64,000 nucleotides of DNA, taken from Eledone cirrhosa. Taxonomy: Eukaryota. Of the stretch, positions 1 to 14,251 are shown piece by piece. How positions within the stretch are numbered: position 1 is the stretch's first letter; each line of letters begins with the position of its first letter. The translations under genes and the position numbers were made by a program. The notes beneath the pieces were generated by a model. It saw nothing but the letters and a program-made list of their open reading frames with translations. It ran no database searches and had not been told where the DNA came from. Location of the stretch: positions 325,128,001-325,192,000 of the forward strand of contig OZ024740.1 in NCBI GenBank assembly GCA_964016885.1, read 5' to 3'.

Positions 1-189
1 TATGTTTGCATAATAAATTGTATTAGTTTCAAAGTTTATTAAATAAACATATTTCTATTCTTACAGCATATGGTAAATACGTATATACACAAACACCCAT
101 ATGCAGACACACATATACACATACTTACACATGTATATACATTCATGCATGTGTATATATATACATATATGTGTGTGTTTATATATCTG

Positions 190-636
<447 letters not shown>

Positions 637-1039
637 CTAAATGCAAATTACATATGTAGACTTGAATCAGATTTCGTAAATTCTTGTTGCCGTCTACACC
701 CAGATCAGCCTCGGTGAAGCAGACCTAGATAGCTCTTTTGATACCAACACGGCTGAAACCGCCTCAGTCTCTATGAAAGAACACCCGCCATATGACGAGG
801 TTCCTATTTCGATATAAATCTTCCAGCATCATTTTATACAGTAACCTTTTGTTAAGGTGTTACATATATCATCTTGGTAATGAAATTATTTATAATTTCA
901 GTAGTTCCCTTAAAGTTCTTCATTAGTTAATTTTAATACTTTGTAATTCATTATAAGTAAGGTAACGAGCGTTAAGGTGTTTTAGATGAGACAACTTCGT
1001 CTTTTATATGAAGGACTTCGTAACACATCACATCGTTCC

Positions 1040-1544
1040 TTTTTCGGCTTATGGCGGCTGTAAAAGTCTAACTCGTTATCTTCAATTCGGTATTCATGCC
1101 AACTCTTACCTATGATCAGAAATCTTGGGTAATGACCGAAAGAATACGATCGCAAATACAAGCGGCTGAAATGGAGTTCCTCTGAAGAGTTTTTCGAATA
1201 ACGTTATTCGAAAAACAATCAGAAAGACACTCGTGGTAGAGCCACAACCTCTCCGAATTGAAAGACCACAGCTCCGATACTATGGGCATGTGGTTAGAAT
1301 GTCTCAGGAAAGAATCGCTGGATAGATTTTACGAGGAAAACTAACCGGCAGAAGACCCAGGGGTAGACCCCGAGCAAGTTGGTTGGATAACATCCATGAG
1401 CTTGGCTGCTCTCACTTGGGGATCCAGCAAGATCAGATAGAGACGTTTGCTTCTGATAGGGCCCACTGGAAGGAGGGTTTGAGGACTCTGCCCTCTCACG
1501 ACCCTCTCAAGAAGAAGAAGAAGAAGAAGAAGAAGAAGAAGAAG
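1040..1544 (+). mobile_element. RTE-clade LINE 3' fragment with (GAA)n tail
   Basis: Decayed translation PTLTY..WVMTERIRSQIQAAEMEFL..QLRYYGHVVRM..GRRPRGRPRASWLDNI matches the RTE ORF C-terminus, and (AAG)n follows at 1509-1544. Confidence 0.85.
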
Positions 1545-1929
1545 GCTGTTCCTTTGAGCGAACCTCACATCTAAACCAGCCAGCTCTGACATTCCTAAAA
1601 AGCAATGGGTACCCCTTGATCGGATCCCCGCAGCTCGTGCCGGTACGGCCCATCATCTCCATCAAGGAAAAATCAAATATGGCCCAGCGCATGACTGTGG
1701 GTGACGTGATTTGACAGTACTGCATGTTGTTCGGAATTACCCCCTACGACGTTTTCCTGGTGGCGTGGAATCTCTCCATATTGCTGCAGATGATACCTTC
1801 ATCTGACTCGCCCGTCCCGGCAAACCTATCTAGCTACTGTGTATATGCCATATTACAAGAAGAAGAACTAATCTTGAAAAACCGACGCATGTACATTCCA
1901 TTGTAAAAAGGTGTGTGCAGTGGTTACTA

Positions 1930-3020
1930 TAGTGGTTAGATAGTGGGTTCTCCGTCGGTATCGACGATGATCATTCAATAGACCACCCAATTTTTGATTC
2001 AATGTGTAAATCGTTGAGTTTTCTTTAGATACTTATACCGTTTAACGTAATTCGCAAGTTGAATCAGCGTGACAAAGCTGTGCTGTTTGAATTTCAGGTA
2101 CAATTATAATTGTTTCTACTTGTGGCACAATGCCAGGAATTTTCCCAGTACATTACTGGTACTTTATTTTATAGACCTCGTAAGGATGAAAGGCAAAGTG
2201 AACCTCGGCGGGATTTGAACTCGGACCATAAAGAGGCGTAACTCTATTCTACTATTATAATACAAGTGGCTGAGTATTCCACAGACATATATACACCCAA
2301 TATAGTTCCCAGGCTGAACCAGCGTAACACAATATATTACAAGGCAGAACCTTTAAATTACAGGTACAATTCATCCAACGGGATTTCATGTATTTTTCAT
2401 CTGCTCAACCTCACTCACATGGTTTCATCAAATGGTAAAAAAAACTCATGCCAAATCTGTCACATTGTATGATGGATCGAACTGGAGACTTCATGATTGT
2501 GAAGCTAACTTCGCAGCCATTCAGCTAGTCGTTAGATATTTCATTCATAGACATACATCCAGGTGGATAATTTACTGGAAAATAAGGAGTTTTACGTAGA
2601 CTATATTTAAACTAAACCATATCATTTTACGAATGTTCGCATCTGGGAGTTTTCAACCAACAGTATTGCCAATTAATATATATTTATAACACACACTACT
2701 ACAGTTAATTAGCATGCATTAGTAACCACACAAAAATGAAAAAATCAGATACGAATAGAAATTCAGCATGGTGTTATTATGTGAATATATATATAGCATG
2801 GTATTATAGTGAATATGTATAGTATAGGAAGAAATGGGTCTCCGTCGTCTCCGACGATAAACGTTCCAGTAGTTCCCTCAACAGAATAGCCTGCTCATGA
2901 AATTAACGTTCGTTTGAACCTCCTCCAAACATGTTTACACTTAATGCAATTCTCAGGGGGATTCAGTGTGACACAATGTGGGACAGTATTGGCCCTTTAA
3001 ATCACAGGTTCAGTCCATCT
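1930..3020 (-). mobile_element. Cluster of nested or decayed SINE copies (Meta-type SINE at about 2130-2240 plus a second SINE family)
   Basis: The segments match, in reverse, the SINE bodies at 6247-6425 and 25385-25660 (e.g. ggatgaaaggcaaagtgaacctcggcgggatttgaactc and caagtggctgagtattccacagac). Confidence 0.7.
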
Positions 3021-3348
3021 GGCTAGTTTTCCAAACAGTTTCTGTCTACACAATTTCCCTCACATGACATGCATAACATGGGTCGACCCGATGCTGCAAC
3101 CAAAGACAATTGCTCGAAGTGGCATCAAACATGGGGCCAATAATTACGAAGCAAACTACTTAACTATTCAGCTAGATTATGGCCATATATAGTAGGGTGT
3201 TACGGAGAATATATGGTGTTATGGTGAATATATAGAGTATATTGCTGTAGTTAATTTGTAGTGCCATGTAGAGGGTTATGCAGAGTGGTATGTCTACCAT
3301 CTTCAAGAATACATAGATGGAGCTTCATAAACCAAAACCTTCACAGAA

Positions 3349-3362
3349 ATGACAGTATTCAA

Positions 3363-3403
<41 letters not shown>

Positions 3404-3418
3404 GAATTGAATACTGTC

Positions 3419-3420
<2 letters not shown>
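3349..3420. repeat. Short perfect inverted repeat around a (AT)n core
   Basis: atgacagtattcaattc-(at)n-gaattgaatactgtcat. Confidence 0.9.
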
Positions 3421-3468
<48 letters not shown>

Positions 3469-3567
3469 TCTAATTTACTGAAGCATAATGTTCTATGTTT
3501 GAAGAATGGTCTTGCTGGCATAAACGTAGTATGTGTGTGCCTATATATATGTGTGTGTATGTGTGCC

Positions 3568-3663
<96 letters not shown>

Positions 3664-3805
3664 CATATATATATTCATATACAGACACATTTACACTTAC
3701 ATTGTGTCTCACAAACATACACACACAAACATATCAACATACATGTAAATGAGTCGGTATAAATATAGTCTCTAATTATTATTTCCTTTTTCTCACAGAA
3801 ATCCG

Positions 3806-3855
<50 letters not shown>

Positions 3856-3872
3856 TTGTATGTGTGTGTATG

Positions 3873-3991
<119 letters not shown>

Positions 3992-4598
3992 TACACACAC
4001 ATACACACACACATATATAATGTATATATGTATTTATATATGCATACATACATATATATAATGTATATATATATATATATTCAGCTAGGATACATTAGGG
4101 TAAGATGTATGTGATTATGTTTCTCATTGAGCGAAATAATGAAACAGTTGTAATGGATATGGAAGCGAATTTTACTTATCCTTACGTATAATCTTCGAAA
4201 TAACATTCATTTAACTGTACACAATTACAGTATTACAGAATTGAATACGGTTATTATTCTTGTGAACTGGGAATTGATTAAGCATGATATTTTTCATGTG
4301 ATATTATATAGGGTGAATAAAGTTTCAAGCAGGTAGTTTTGTCATGTAACTTCTAAATTTGGTTGTGAAGTTGCACAGTTGTTAGAGGGTAAGACAAAAA
4401 CCCTTACCGTAATAGTTATGGCTCACTCGAATCTCTATGGCTAGCACATGCATCTATGGACCTGCAACCTTATGGAATATTTGGGATGTAGTAATAATAT
4501 AAGCTGTATCAGGGGTACTTTTTAAAACCTTTTGTAGTCCATCCATTTCCAGGTCTGATCATAACCGGTTTCTTCCAGAGAAGGAGAGAGAGGGGAAA

Positions 4599-4644
<46 letters not shown>

Positions 4645-4689
4645 AGAGATAGAGGTGGTGTGATAAATAACTATAGAGAAAGAATAGAC

Positions 4690-4820
4690 CCAAGTGCTGG
4701 ATTGATACCATTTTATCGACCTCGAAAGGATGAAAGATAAGTTTGGCCTCAGTGTGATTTGAACTCGGAGTTTTAACGACTATCCGAGGTTTTAACGACT
4801 CTGCTAATTCGCTGCCATCT
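4690..4820 (-). mobile_element. Meta-type tRNA-derived SINE (decayed)
   Basis: ttttatcgacctcgaaaggatgaaag...gatttgaactc is the reverse complement of the SINE core that recurs across the window. Confidence 0.7.
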
Positions 4821-5029
4821 GGAAAGATAAATAGAGGAAGAAAGGCGTAGATAGGTTTAGATAGACACGAGAAAAGAATAGATCCTACAATTGGGTCAAT
4901 ATTTCATATAGACAGTCCGAAATACTTAAAAGTAAAGTTAACCTCCTCGAGACTTAAAATGAAAGTATAGAAGGCTGGACAAAATACCACAAAGTATTGT
5001 ATCCGAGAATCTAACGATTTTCCAATTCA

Positions 5030-5278
5030 CCGCCAACCGGTCGCTCTCCGACAGGTTTGCGGTCGTTGCCCTGGCAGTGGAAACTTCTGGTGTCCTCGGC
5101 CCCAGGGCTACCTCCTTACTCACCACCATAGGCGCTGAGCTGGCCAGCCGCAGGTGTGAGCCCCACGAGTTGGAGTGGCTTTTCCAGCGCGTCTCCCTTG
5201 CCGTCCTCCGGGGAAACGCCTTCTCCATTCTGTCCGCCGGGGATGTGGGTGGGCCCCATCGCGTACCAATACATTAGT
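5030..5278 (+). mobile_element. CRE-like non-LTR retrotransposon 3' fragment (restriction-like endonuclease C-terminus)
   Basis: AVETSGVLGPRATSLLTTIG..WLFQRVSLAVLRGNAFSIL resembles the RLE C-terminal motif of CRE-clade elements. Confidence 0.7.
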
Positions 5279-5802
5279 TAAATACCATTCTTTCATCGTT
5301 ACAACTTATATCCACATTAATGACGTATTATCTTTGTTGTCACTGTTTGACCGTTACATAATTATAGTAAGACTCTATTAATATTACAAATGAGAGATGA
5401 TGGTGGATCGGGGGAATTGGTAGAACGTCGGCGCCCTACACTCTGAGTTCTAATCCTGGTCAACCTTGCCTTTCATCTTTCCAAGGTTGATAAAATTAAG
5501 TATCAGTCAAGTACTAGGATTAATTTACTGCAATTTTTCTTGAACTACTTGTATGGGTGAGAGATGGTCCACGTATATTATTTTCCCATGTGTATTCCAT
5601 AGGGTGATTTATGTGGTGTATTCCCATATTTCGGTCACGAGGGTGACATGTAAAATGACCCTTTGAAGGATAACAAACGGCGAAAATAACAAAAATGGCA
5701 AAAATACGTGGACATTGAAAACAGTAAAATTCACGGATGAGTTGAAAGTATAAAATAAAACATGTATGTTGCGCAATCTACGCACACATATATACACACA
5801 CA

Positions 5803-5851
<49 letters not shown>

Positions 5852-6015
5852 TTATTTATCTCTTTTCTCTCTCTCGCTCTCTCTCGCTCTCTCTCGCTCT
5901 CTCTCACTCTCTCTCTATCTATCTATCTATCTATCTTTATCTCTCTCTTTTCTCTCTCTCGATCTCTCTCTCTATCTATCTATCTATATATCTATCTATC
6001 TATCTTTATCTCTCT

Positions 6016-6100
<85 letters not shown>

Positions 6101-6246
6101 CTTTATCTATCTCTTTTCTCTCTCTCTCTCGCTCTCTCTCACTCTCTCTCTCTCTCTCTATCTATCTTTCTCTCTCTCCCTATACATACATGTATCATTT
6201 TATATATTATATCTATGTTATTTATAATTTATTATTATTTCTTTAA

Positions 6247-6425
6247 TTGGCAGTATCGGTAGAGGGTCGGACGCCATGCTTTGCAGCACAGTTGCGTCCC
6301 TTTACGGACTGAGTTCAAATCCCGCCGAGGTTAACTTTGCCTTTCATCCTTACGGGGTCGATAAAATAAAGTACCAGTAGTACACTGGGATAATTGCTGG
6401 TCTTGTGCCAAAAGTAGAAATAATT
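6247..6425 (+). mobile_element. Meta-type tRNA-derived SINE
   Basis: A-box-like tggcagtatcggtag, B-box gagttcaaatccc, core ttgcctttcatccttacggggtcgataaaataaagtaccag and an (ATT)n tail; more than 15 copies in the window. Confidence 0.85.
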
Positions 6426-6509
6426 ATTATTTCTTTATTATTTTCATTATTATTTTCGATTTTAATATTGTTTTACTACTATAATTATTACTATTATTAT
6501 CATCATTGA

Positions 6510-6660
6510 TTTTAGAGGCAAAACCAACCAGCAGATGACCCGGGCGTAGACCCCGAGCAAGATGGTTGGATAACATCCATAAGCTCGGCTGGTCTCACTT
6601 GGGGATCCGGCCGGATCAACTGAAGACGGCTGCTTCTGACAGGAACCGCCGAACGTCATA
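6510..6660 (+). mobile_element. RTE LINE 3' fragment
   Basis: Similar to 1330-1470 (ggcgtagaccccgagcaagatggttggataacatccat). Confidence 0.75.
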
Positions 6661-7002
6661 CCTGGGTTCTTGATATCACAAAAAGCAGACGGTCAGATGC
6701 CCCACTAAAGATGAAAATCTGGATGCATAGAAACATTTCTTGTTTGCCCGCTGTAGCCATATCAAAGTGGGGCTGGCAACATTGAGTTGTCGTGGAGAAG
6801 TGCTTGTCACTAGAGCCAACAGTCAGCTTCAAAACCAAGGACAAGTTGACATGGCTTTCTCATTTTTGTAAAGCTTTTTACAATTTGTTGGACACCAGGT
6901 TCAAACACAGAGGAGCCGAACTCCCCCTGTCATCGCCTCCACCTCTCTCACCCTCCCCCTCTCTCCCCCTCCACCTCCCTACCGCTCCCCATCTCTCACT
7001 AT

Positions 7003-7190
7003 TATGAGCAAATGGGGTCCCAAGTCCTGGCCGCCCCACGGCCCCGGCAGACAGAATGGAGAAGGTGTTTCCCCGGGGGATAGTAATGGGGATGGGATGG
7101 AAGAGCCATTCCATCTCGCGAGGCTCCCAGCTGCGTCTCACCAGCTCAGCGCCTATGGTGGTAAGTAGAGAGGTAACCCTAGGTCCGGCT
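7003..7190 (-). mobile_element. CRE-like 3' fragment, second copy
   Basis: Minus-strand EPREMEWLFH..RGNTFSILSAG is homologous to 5100-5260. Confidence 0.7.
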
Positions 7191-7536
7191 TTACTGAAAG
7201 GTCAAACGACCCACACCCTCTCAACCTGAGACAGGCAGCTGGAATAACAACATCAATATTTATGACTGTCTTCATATCACTACATTTCGGGGCACTGCAT
7301 ATGGATTACATATCGATTGCCTAATGTACCGTGTGAAGACTGCATGTCATAGATTGTGTCATGGTAGCATGACGTAACTATTTCTCCACAGATATAAATA
7401 TCATTGTTATTGCGTAAAGTTACGCAATCTAGCATTCGTGTTGTATTATTGACACACACACAGACACACACACACATACACACACACACAGACACACAGA
7501 CACACACACACACAGACACACACACACACACACACA

Positions 7537-7568
<32 letters not shown>

Positions 7569-7833
7569 ACACACACACTCACGCACACACAATCACACAC
7601 ACACTCACACACACATACTCACACACACACTCACATACACACTCACACACACAATCACACACACATGCACACGCACACGCACACACACACTCACACACAC
7701 GCACACACACACGCACCCACACATATAGTTCAAGATGAAAAAAGCCAAACACATGGATATAATTACACAAATTCTTATTAGTTTCACGCTTGCTGGAAAA
7801 GGAATATGCATATATTTATTTATATAACATATA

Positions 7834-8328
<495 letters not shown>

Positions 8329-8632
8329 GTGAGGCTGAATATCAATAAAGAATTATTCATAACCAATGAAGAAAGGAGGATATTTGAAAATAAGATTGGA
8401 GAGAGAGAGAGGGGGGTGGAATATAGAGAGAGGGATAGAGAGAAGAAGGAAAAGAAACCACACTTTAAATGTATTCTGTTAATTAAATACCCGAAAAAAA
8501 TAATACCCGAAAATAGGAAATCACGTTAGAAACATTCTAAAGTGTTGGTGGTTAGTGTGTTCCATTAAATTTTCTTTAAAAGGAGGTGGAAAATAATGTC
8601 TAAACAAACACATTCGGGAAAGGACCGTGGTT

Positions 8633-8685
<53 letters not shown>

Positions 8686-8687
<2 letters not shown>

Positions 8688-8872
8688 CGAAGGAAATGTG
8701 GTAAGGAACCAGATGGACCATAACGCACCAAAGTACTCAATACTTTGGGTAGTAGAGTGGGTAATAAGAACGAGTAGGACCCCGACGGCTGAGCTCAAGC
8801 CGTTTCGACTAAATGTCCAGAATTAACCGTCGAAACGACTTCAGCTCAGCCGTCGGGGTCCTACTCGTTCCT
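8686..8872 (-). mobile_element. (TA)n-flanked fold-back element carrying the 3' half of a hammerhead (PLE pseudo-LTR remnant)
   Basis: Inverted arms span 8768-8870. Each arm reads GAAAC-GGCT..AGCC-GTC-GGGGTC (HHR stem III, cleavage triplet, stem I 3' strand). A near-identical copy lies at 57670-57810 and a diverged piece at 16880-16922. Confidence 0.65.
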
Positions 8873-9886
8873 ATATATATATATATATATATATATGGAG
8901 AGAGAGAGAGAGAGAGCGGGTGGGGGGGGGGGGGGGGTATGTGCTGCTGACACAAGTCAAAACTTCTTGGTGCCGCAGTCGGGATTTTACATCTCTCTCT
9001 CACTTTATAAATTAAATATATATATATATGCGTGTGTGTGTGTATGTATATATATATATATATATCATCATCATCATCATCACCGTTTTACGTCCGTTCT
9101 TCCACGCTAGCATGGGTTAGACGGTATATATATATATATTTATATATATATATATAGGTGTGGTAGAGGTAATATGTAGATAAAATGTGTTGCTCTAGTG
9201 AGAGAGGATAAGGAGAAAGAAAGAAAGAGAGAGATGAATAGAGACAGGCATTCATACAGACAATCAGAGAGTCACAGAGTAAGATTTAGAGAGAATTAAT
9301 AAAAACTGAAAATCATAATAAACAATGAAAGCTAATTTTAAGAAAAAATAATTAAAATCATAATTAAAAATATTGTAAACAAATATTAAATAAATATTAA
9401 ATAAATATTAAATAACAAATATTTCCAATAACTGAAAGATTAATGATTTTATTAAAAAGAAAAAAAAAAAAAAGAATTTCGTATTGATTGTGGCGGAAAA
9501 TTTTTCATTTTTCATTCATGAAAGAGTGCGAAAGCTGGAAGAAAGAAAGTTGTTTATATTAATAAATTTACCAGCTTTTCTACCCAGCACTTAATTTCAT
9601 TAGCTACTCGTCATGCTCCTCTTCTATTATTCATCGACGTATTATATATAACAAATATTATATATTTATTATATTATATTCGTATTATAGTATATATATA
9701 TTTATAGATTTTACGTTATATATAGGGGTATATACTTTTTTATATATATATATATATTTCATTTTGTGTATGTATATATTTATTTTTATATTTATCAAAG
9801 CTCCTTTTATGAGCTTTCTTAGACAAAGTAATTACTTCATACATGAATGTTTGTGTATGTGTGTGTACATGTGTATATATGTATTA

Positions 9887-9942
<56 letters not shown>

Positions 9943-9947
9943 GTGTT

Positions 9948-9988
<41 letters not shown>

Positions 9989-10003
9989 GTATACATATGT
10001 GTG

Positions 10004-10056
<53 letters not shown>

Positions 10057-10581
10057 GGGGGGCGAGAGAGAGGGAGTGAGATATGTATATGCGTGTGTGG
10101 AGGAGTCTGTGTGTAAGTGTCTGCTATTAATGTGGCGTGTATGTGTTTGAATGAGTGTCTGTGATATGAGGTGTGTGTGTGAGTGTATGTTAGTGAGTGC
10201 CTGTTGTTAGTGTGGTGTATGTGTGACGTTGGTGTGAATTTCCATTATACAAACTAAGTGTATAGAGTACAAAATAGAGAGAGAAACCATTGTTCACTGA
10301 AAACTATCCGTGAAAATGTGGCACATTTCATTAAAACTCTTCATATTTATCTTCATTAAATTGATTCCGAACCGAACTAGAACACATGAGAAATTCTTTC
10401 TTTTATATTAACGCTGATATAACAGAAACTTTAATTGGCAAAAAATGGCGCTCTGATTTCTTTACAGAGGCTGAAGCAAAGTTATTCGGGTGATATAAGA
10501 ACAGGTATTGATTATTCGGTGAAAAGATACAGTTTGGGGAATATGTTTAGCAATCTATATATAATCTCTTGCTACACACAT

Positions 10582-10612
<31 letters not shown>

Positions 10613-11059
10613 TATTTATAGCGAGATATATACACACAATTGGCGGAGCTGATGTCTTTTATCAGGTTAGTTAGAGTAATTGTTAAGCATTGAGGATAAA
10701 TTGGAAACGACGCCTTTGTAAACTCGACTGTGATTCTTAAGATTTTAGAAACTTTATTGTCATTTTAAAATCGTGATTCATTCTTTTCACTGAAGGATTT
10801 CGTAATAAACAACAAAACAAAAAACAATGTGTAAAATGTCAGAAAATCAATATCATACGTATAACGTGTAAGTGTGGCTGAATATTGACACATTTCTATT
10901 ACATATCTCTCTTACATATCACTCCTACATATCTCTCTATTACATATTTGTATTATATATTTGAATTACACATCTGTGATGGATCCTCAGTCTATGTCGA
11001 CGAGGAATAGTCGTTTGTTCGAGCGATTAAACGTTCTGCTCGTAAACATCAACAGGCGA

Positions 11060-11245
11060 TCATCTTTCATCAAATCGGACCGAGGAATCAATGTTTCCAT
11101 TGATCTTTCCAATCGCTAATAATATCTATCCAGGTAGAAGTGAAATAAAGTGTCTTGCTCAAGGACATAATTCCCCAGTCCGGGAATCGAACTCACATCC
11201 TCACGATTGCGAATCGAATTCTCTAACCACTCAGCCACGCGCCTT
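11060..11245 (-). mobile_element. tRNA-derived SINE (family also at 27243-27455 and 43790-43990)
   Basis: The reverse complement has the A box gtggctgagtggttag, the B box gagttcgattccc and ccttgagcaagacactttatttcac. Confidence 0.8.
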
Positions 11246-11679
11246 CACAAACATACTACTCGTAAACATTCAATGCGAAAATGGTTGAGTATTTCACAGG
11301 CACATGTACACTTAACATACTTATCAGGCATAATCAGTGTGACATTGACGGCTGAACCATTGAATTGTTGAATTGTAGATACAAACCATCTTATACAATA
11401 GCGAACGGACTTCAGGATTTCAAAGGTACGTGTACAGTTAATGCAATTCTCACGAAGATTCAGCATGAGATCATAATCACCAGTAGAGTTAATTTTATAG
11501 TGTAACTAGCTGCGTAATCCACAAATATGTCTGCCTTCAATCGAATTAATAGGCAGAGTAATGTGTGGAGGCGCATATGAGATATAAATGTGTATTTTTA
11601 TAATAAAAATGCAAGCGTGTGTGAGTTGTGTATGATTTGCATAAATGTTTGTATGTGTGTGTATATATCTGATAATTGT

Positions 11680-11852
11680 TTCTACTTTTGGCACAAGGCC
11701 AGCAATTTACCAGTGCATTACTGGTACTTTATTTTATCGACCCCGTAAGGATGAAAGGCAAAGTTAACCTCGGCGGGATTTGAACTCAGAATGGCAAGGG
11801 CCGTAACTCTATGCGTCAAAGCATGGCGTCCGACCCTCTACCGATACTGCCA
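11680..11852 (-). mobile_element. Meta-type SINE
   Basis: Reverse complement of the 6247-6425 element. Confidence 0.85.
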
Positions 11853-12389
11853 ATCTTACGATAATGTTGACCAGTTCTCCTTTTCGGGTAGTGTTTTCGA
11901 TGCTCAGAGAGTGGGATTGATCGAGTTCAAGGCCTTTCACCACTTACAGAACCTTCAAAGCACACAGATTGCTTGTTAAGGATATGTTACAAGTTCGTGT
12001 GGCTAGTCGTAGCGTAAAGGTGGCACCATTTTCTGTAATCTGACAAGCGATTGCAATACTGTTAGCAGAGTTTGCAGCCACCATATGCGAGGTACAATGG
12101 ATGATATTGCGCATACATGTTTGACGTATAGTAAGTATATGTATGTGTGTGTGTGTGGCTGTGTCTGTGTGTTGCTTATAATGTATATATGTGTATGTAT
12201 GAAGTATAAATGAACGGGTTATAAATATGTGTGTATAAATGTTAGATACCAATAATGTATAATTATTATATATATATATTACATCATCCATTTTTGGAGG
12301 AAGTATTTGAAAGAATCAAATTGTCTTTTAACTTTTGTGAAATTGTTTTTTTTTAATATTTTATACTCTCTGGCCTTAAATACTCTCTA

Positions 12390-12460
<71 letters not shown>

Positions 12461-12494
12461 TGTATTACTATCTCCTAGACCTAATGATTAAATA

Positions 12495-12560
<66 letters not shown>

Positions 12561-13207
12561 TGTATTATCTCCTAGACCTAATGATTAATTGATTAATTTA
12601 ATTTGACAATTCCATTGATTGGTTAATTATTTAAGTTTGTTTAATAACGGTCTGGTTGAGTGCTTAATTCGGTTTGTGTATGGAATGTTTTCCATTGCCC
12701 ATAATTTTTTAATTGACCGCCAGAAACTGGGGTTACCTCCCTTTGGAGTAGCATGTGCTCCACACTGGGCTTTGGGTTAGAACGAAAGCCTGTAGAGAAA
12801 GTAAATTCCTCTGTTCGATCTTCCAGAAACCTAACTTGTATACACCACAAGCGGATTTTGTTGATTTCGGATTTACAGAAACCTCACTTGGATATTCAGT
12901 AATTTCCAACTGACGCTCCAGGTATGTTATATATACAGATATGTGCATATATGTATGTATGTATATTTTTATATGTATATATATATGTATGTGTGTGTGT
13001 GTGTGTGTATTTCCTTTTCTCACTAGTCAGTTCTTTCGTTGCTACAGATCACGCAGCCTAATTAGCGGTCGCTATTTTCAATTTGCAAAGCCCTTTAAAC
13101 TGCATGTTATTTCTCTGAGCTCTATTCCTCGTCGAGTGCTTGGCTGCACTGCTGAAGGCATTCGTTGGCTTAGCTGCTGATCGAACTTCGAATATGATGT
13201 ACTATTG

Positions 13208-13261
<54 letters not shown>

Positions 13262-13273
13262 TTCATTATATGA

Positions 13274-13740
13274 GTTTGCTCATTTATTTGTTTCCTGTAT
13301 CGCTGTCAACTTTATAATACTTTTTACATTTATTTTTATTCTTATGTGACGGCCTATATGGTTGTCTGTTGTTTTATATTTTTATTATATTTTTATTATT
13401 ATTTTTTTTCTTATAATTAATTGTGTGTGCGTATGTAGGTGTGTGTACATATATCTATATTTGTGTGTGCGTATGTATGCGTGTATATATATGTGTGTAT
13501 GTATGTGTGTGTATGTACGCGTGTATATATGTATAATTATGTGTGTATATGTATATATATATATATATATACATGTGTGTGTGTGTGTGTGTGTTTGTGT
13601 ATGTGTCTGTATGTTTATGTATGGATATGTGGATATATATGTGTGTATGTATGTATGTGTATGTATATATATGTGTGTGTATGTATGTATATGTATGTGT
13701 ATTTGTACGTGGATGTATATGTGTATGTATGTATATATTT
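13274..13740 (+). repeat. Direct repeat, copy 1 (copy 2 at 18852-19290), flanking the Naiad element
   Basis: catttatttgtttcctgtatcgctgtcaa..cttatgtgacggcctatatgg..gtatttgtacgtg is present at both positions with scattered differences. Confidence 0.85.
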
Positions 13741-13789
13741 ATATATGTGTATGTATATATATATGTGTATGTATATATGTGTGTGTATG

Positions 13790-13874
<85 letters not shown>

Positions 13875-13979
13875 ATGTGTGTTTATTTTTCCTTTCCTTC
13901 TTCATTTCCCAGCCTCACTTTCATATAGATTATATTTTTATTTTTAAAATCCAATGTGAATAAATACACCAGGATTTTT

Positions 13980-14036
13980 TCATTCTGATGATTGAAAGCA
14001 AATCTTGTTTGCTTTCAAGAAACCACTGGTAAATGA
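13980..14036 (+). ncRNA. Type I hammerhead ribozyme upstream of the Naiad ORF
   Basis: Stem I TCATT/AATGA; core CTGATGA; perfect 11-bp stem II TTGAAAGCAAA/TTTGCTTTCAA; GAAA; stem III ACC-act-GGT; GUA cleavage triplet. Confidence 0.9.
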
Positions 14037-14251
14037 TATAACTTTCTTATGTTGTTTATTAAATAACTATTAAGCTCTGTAACCTACATAGAGCACTCTT
14101 TTTTCCTGGACTTTTCTGACGGAATTACTTCATTTATACAGCTCCAACCGGGATTGATTGAAGCATATTCTATATTACATATATAATTGGCACTTTCCAG
14201 CCCGATTAGTTGAGCACTCTACAGTTTTCAGGAATTTAACCAACATACACC

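Noticed and set aside
1590-1850. GC-rich stretch encoding FLKSNGYP (PLE-like motif)
   Set aside because: Only a four-residue match, with no other RT or endonuclease motifs.
11880-12125. Possible Helitron helicase remnant or exon (..TCNISL..)
   Set aside because: The similarity is too weak to support without a profile search.
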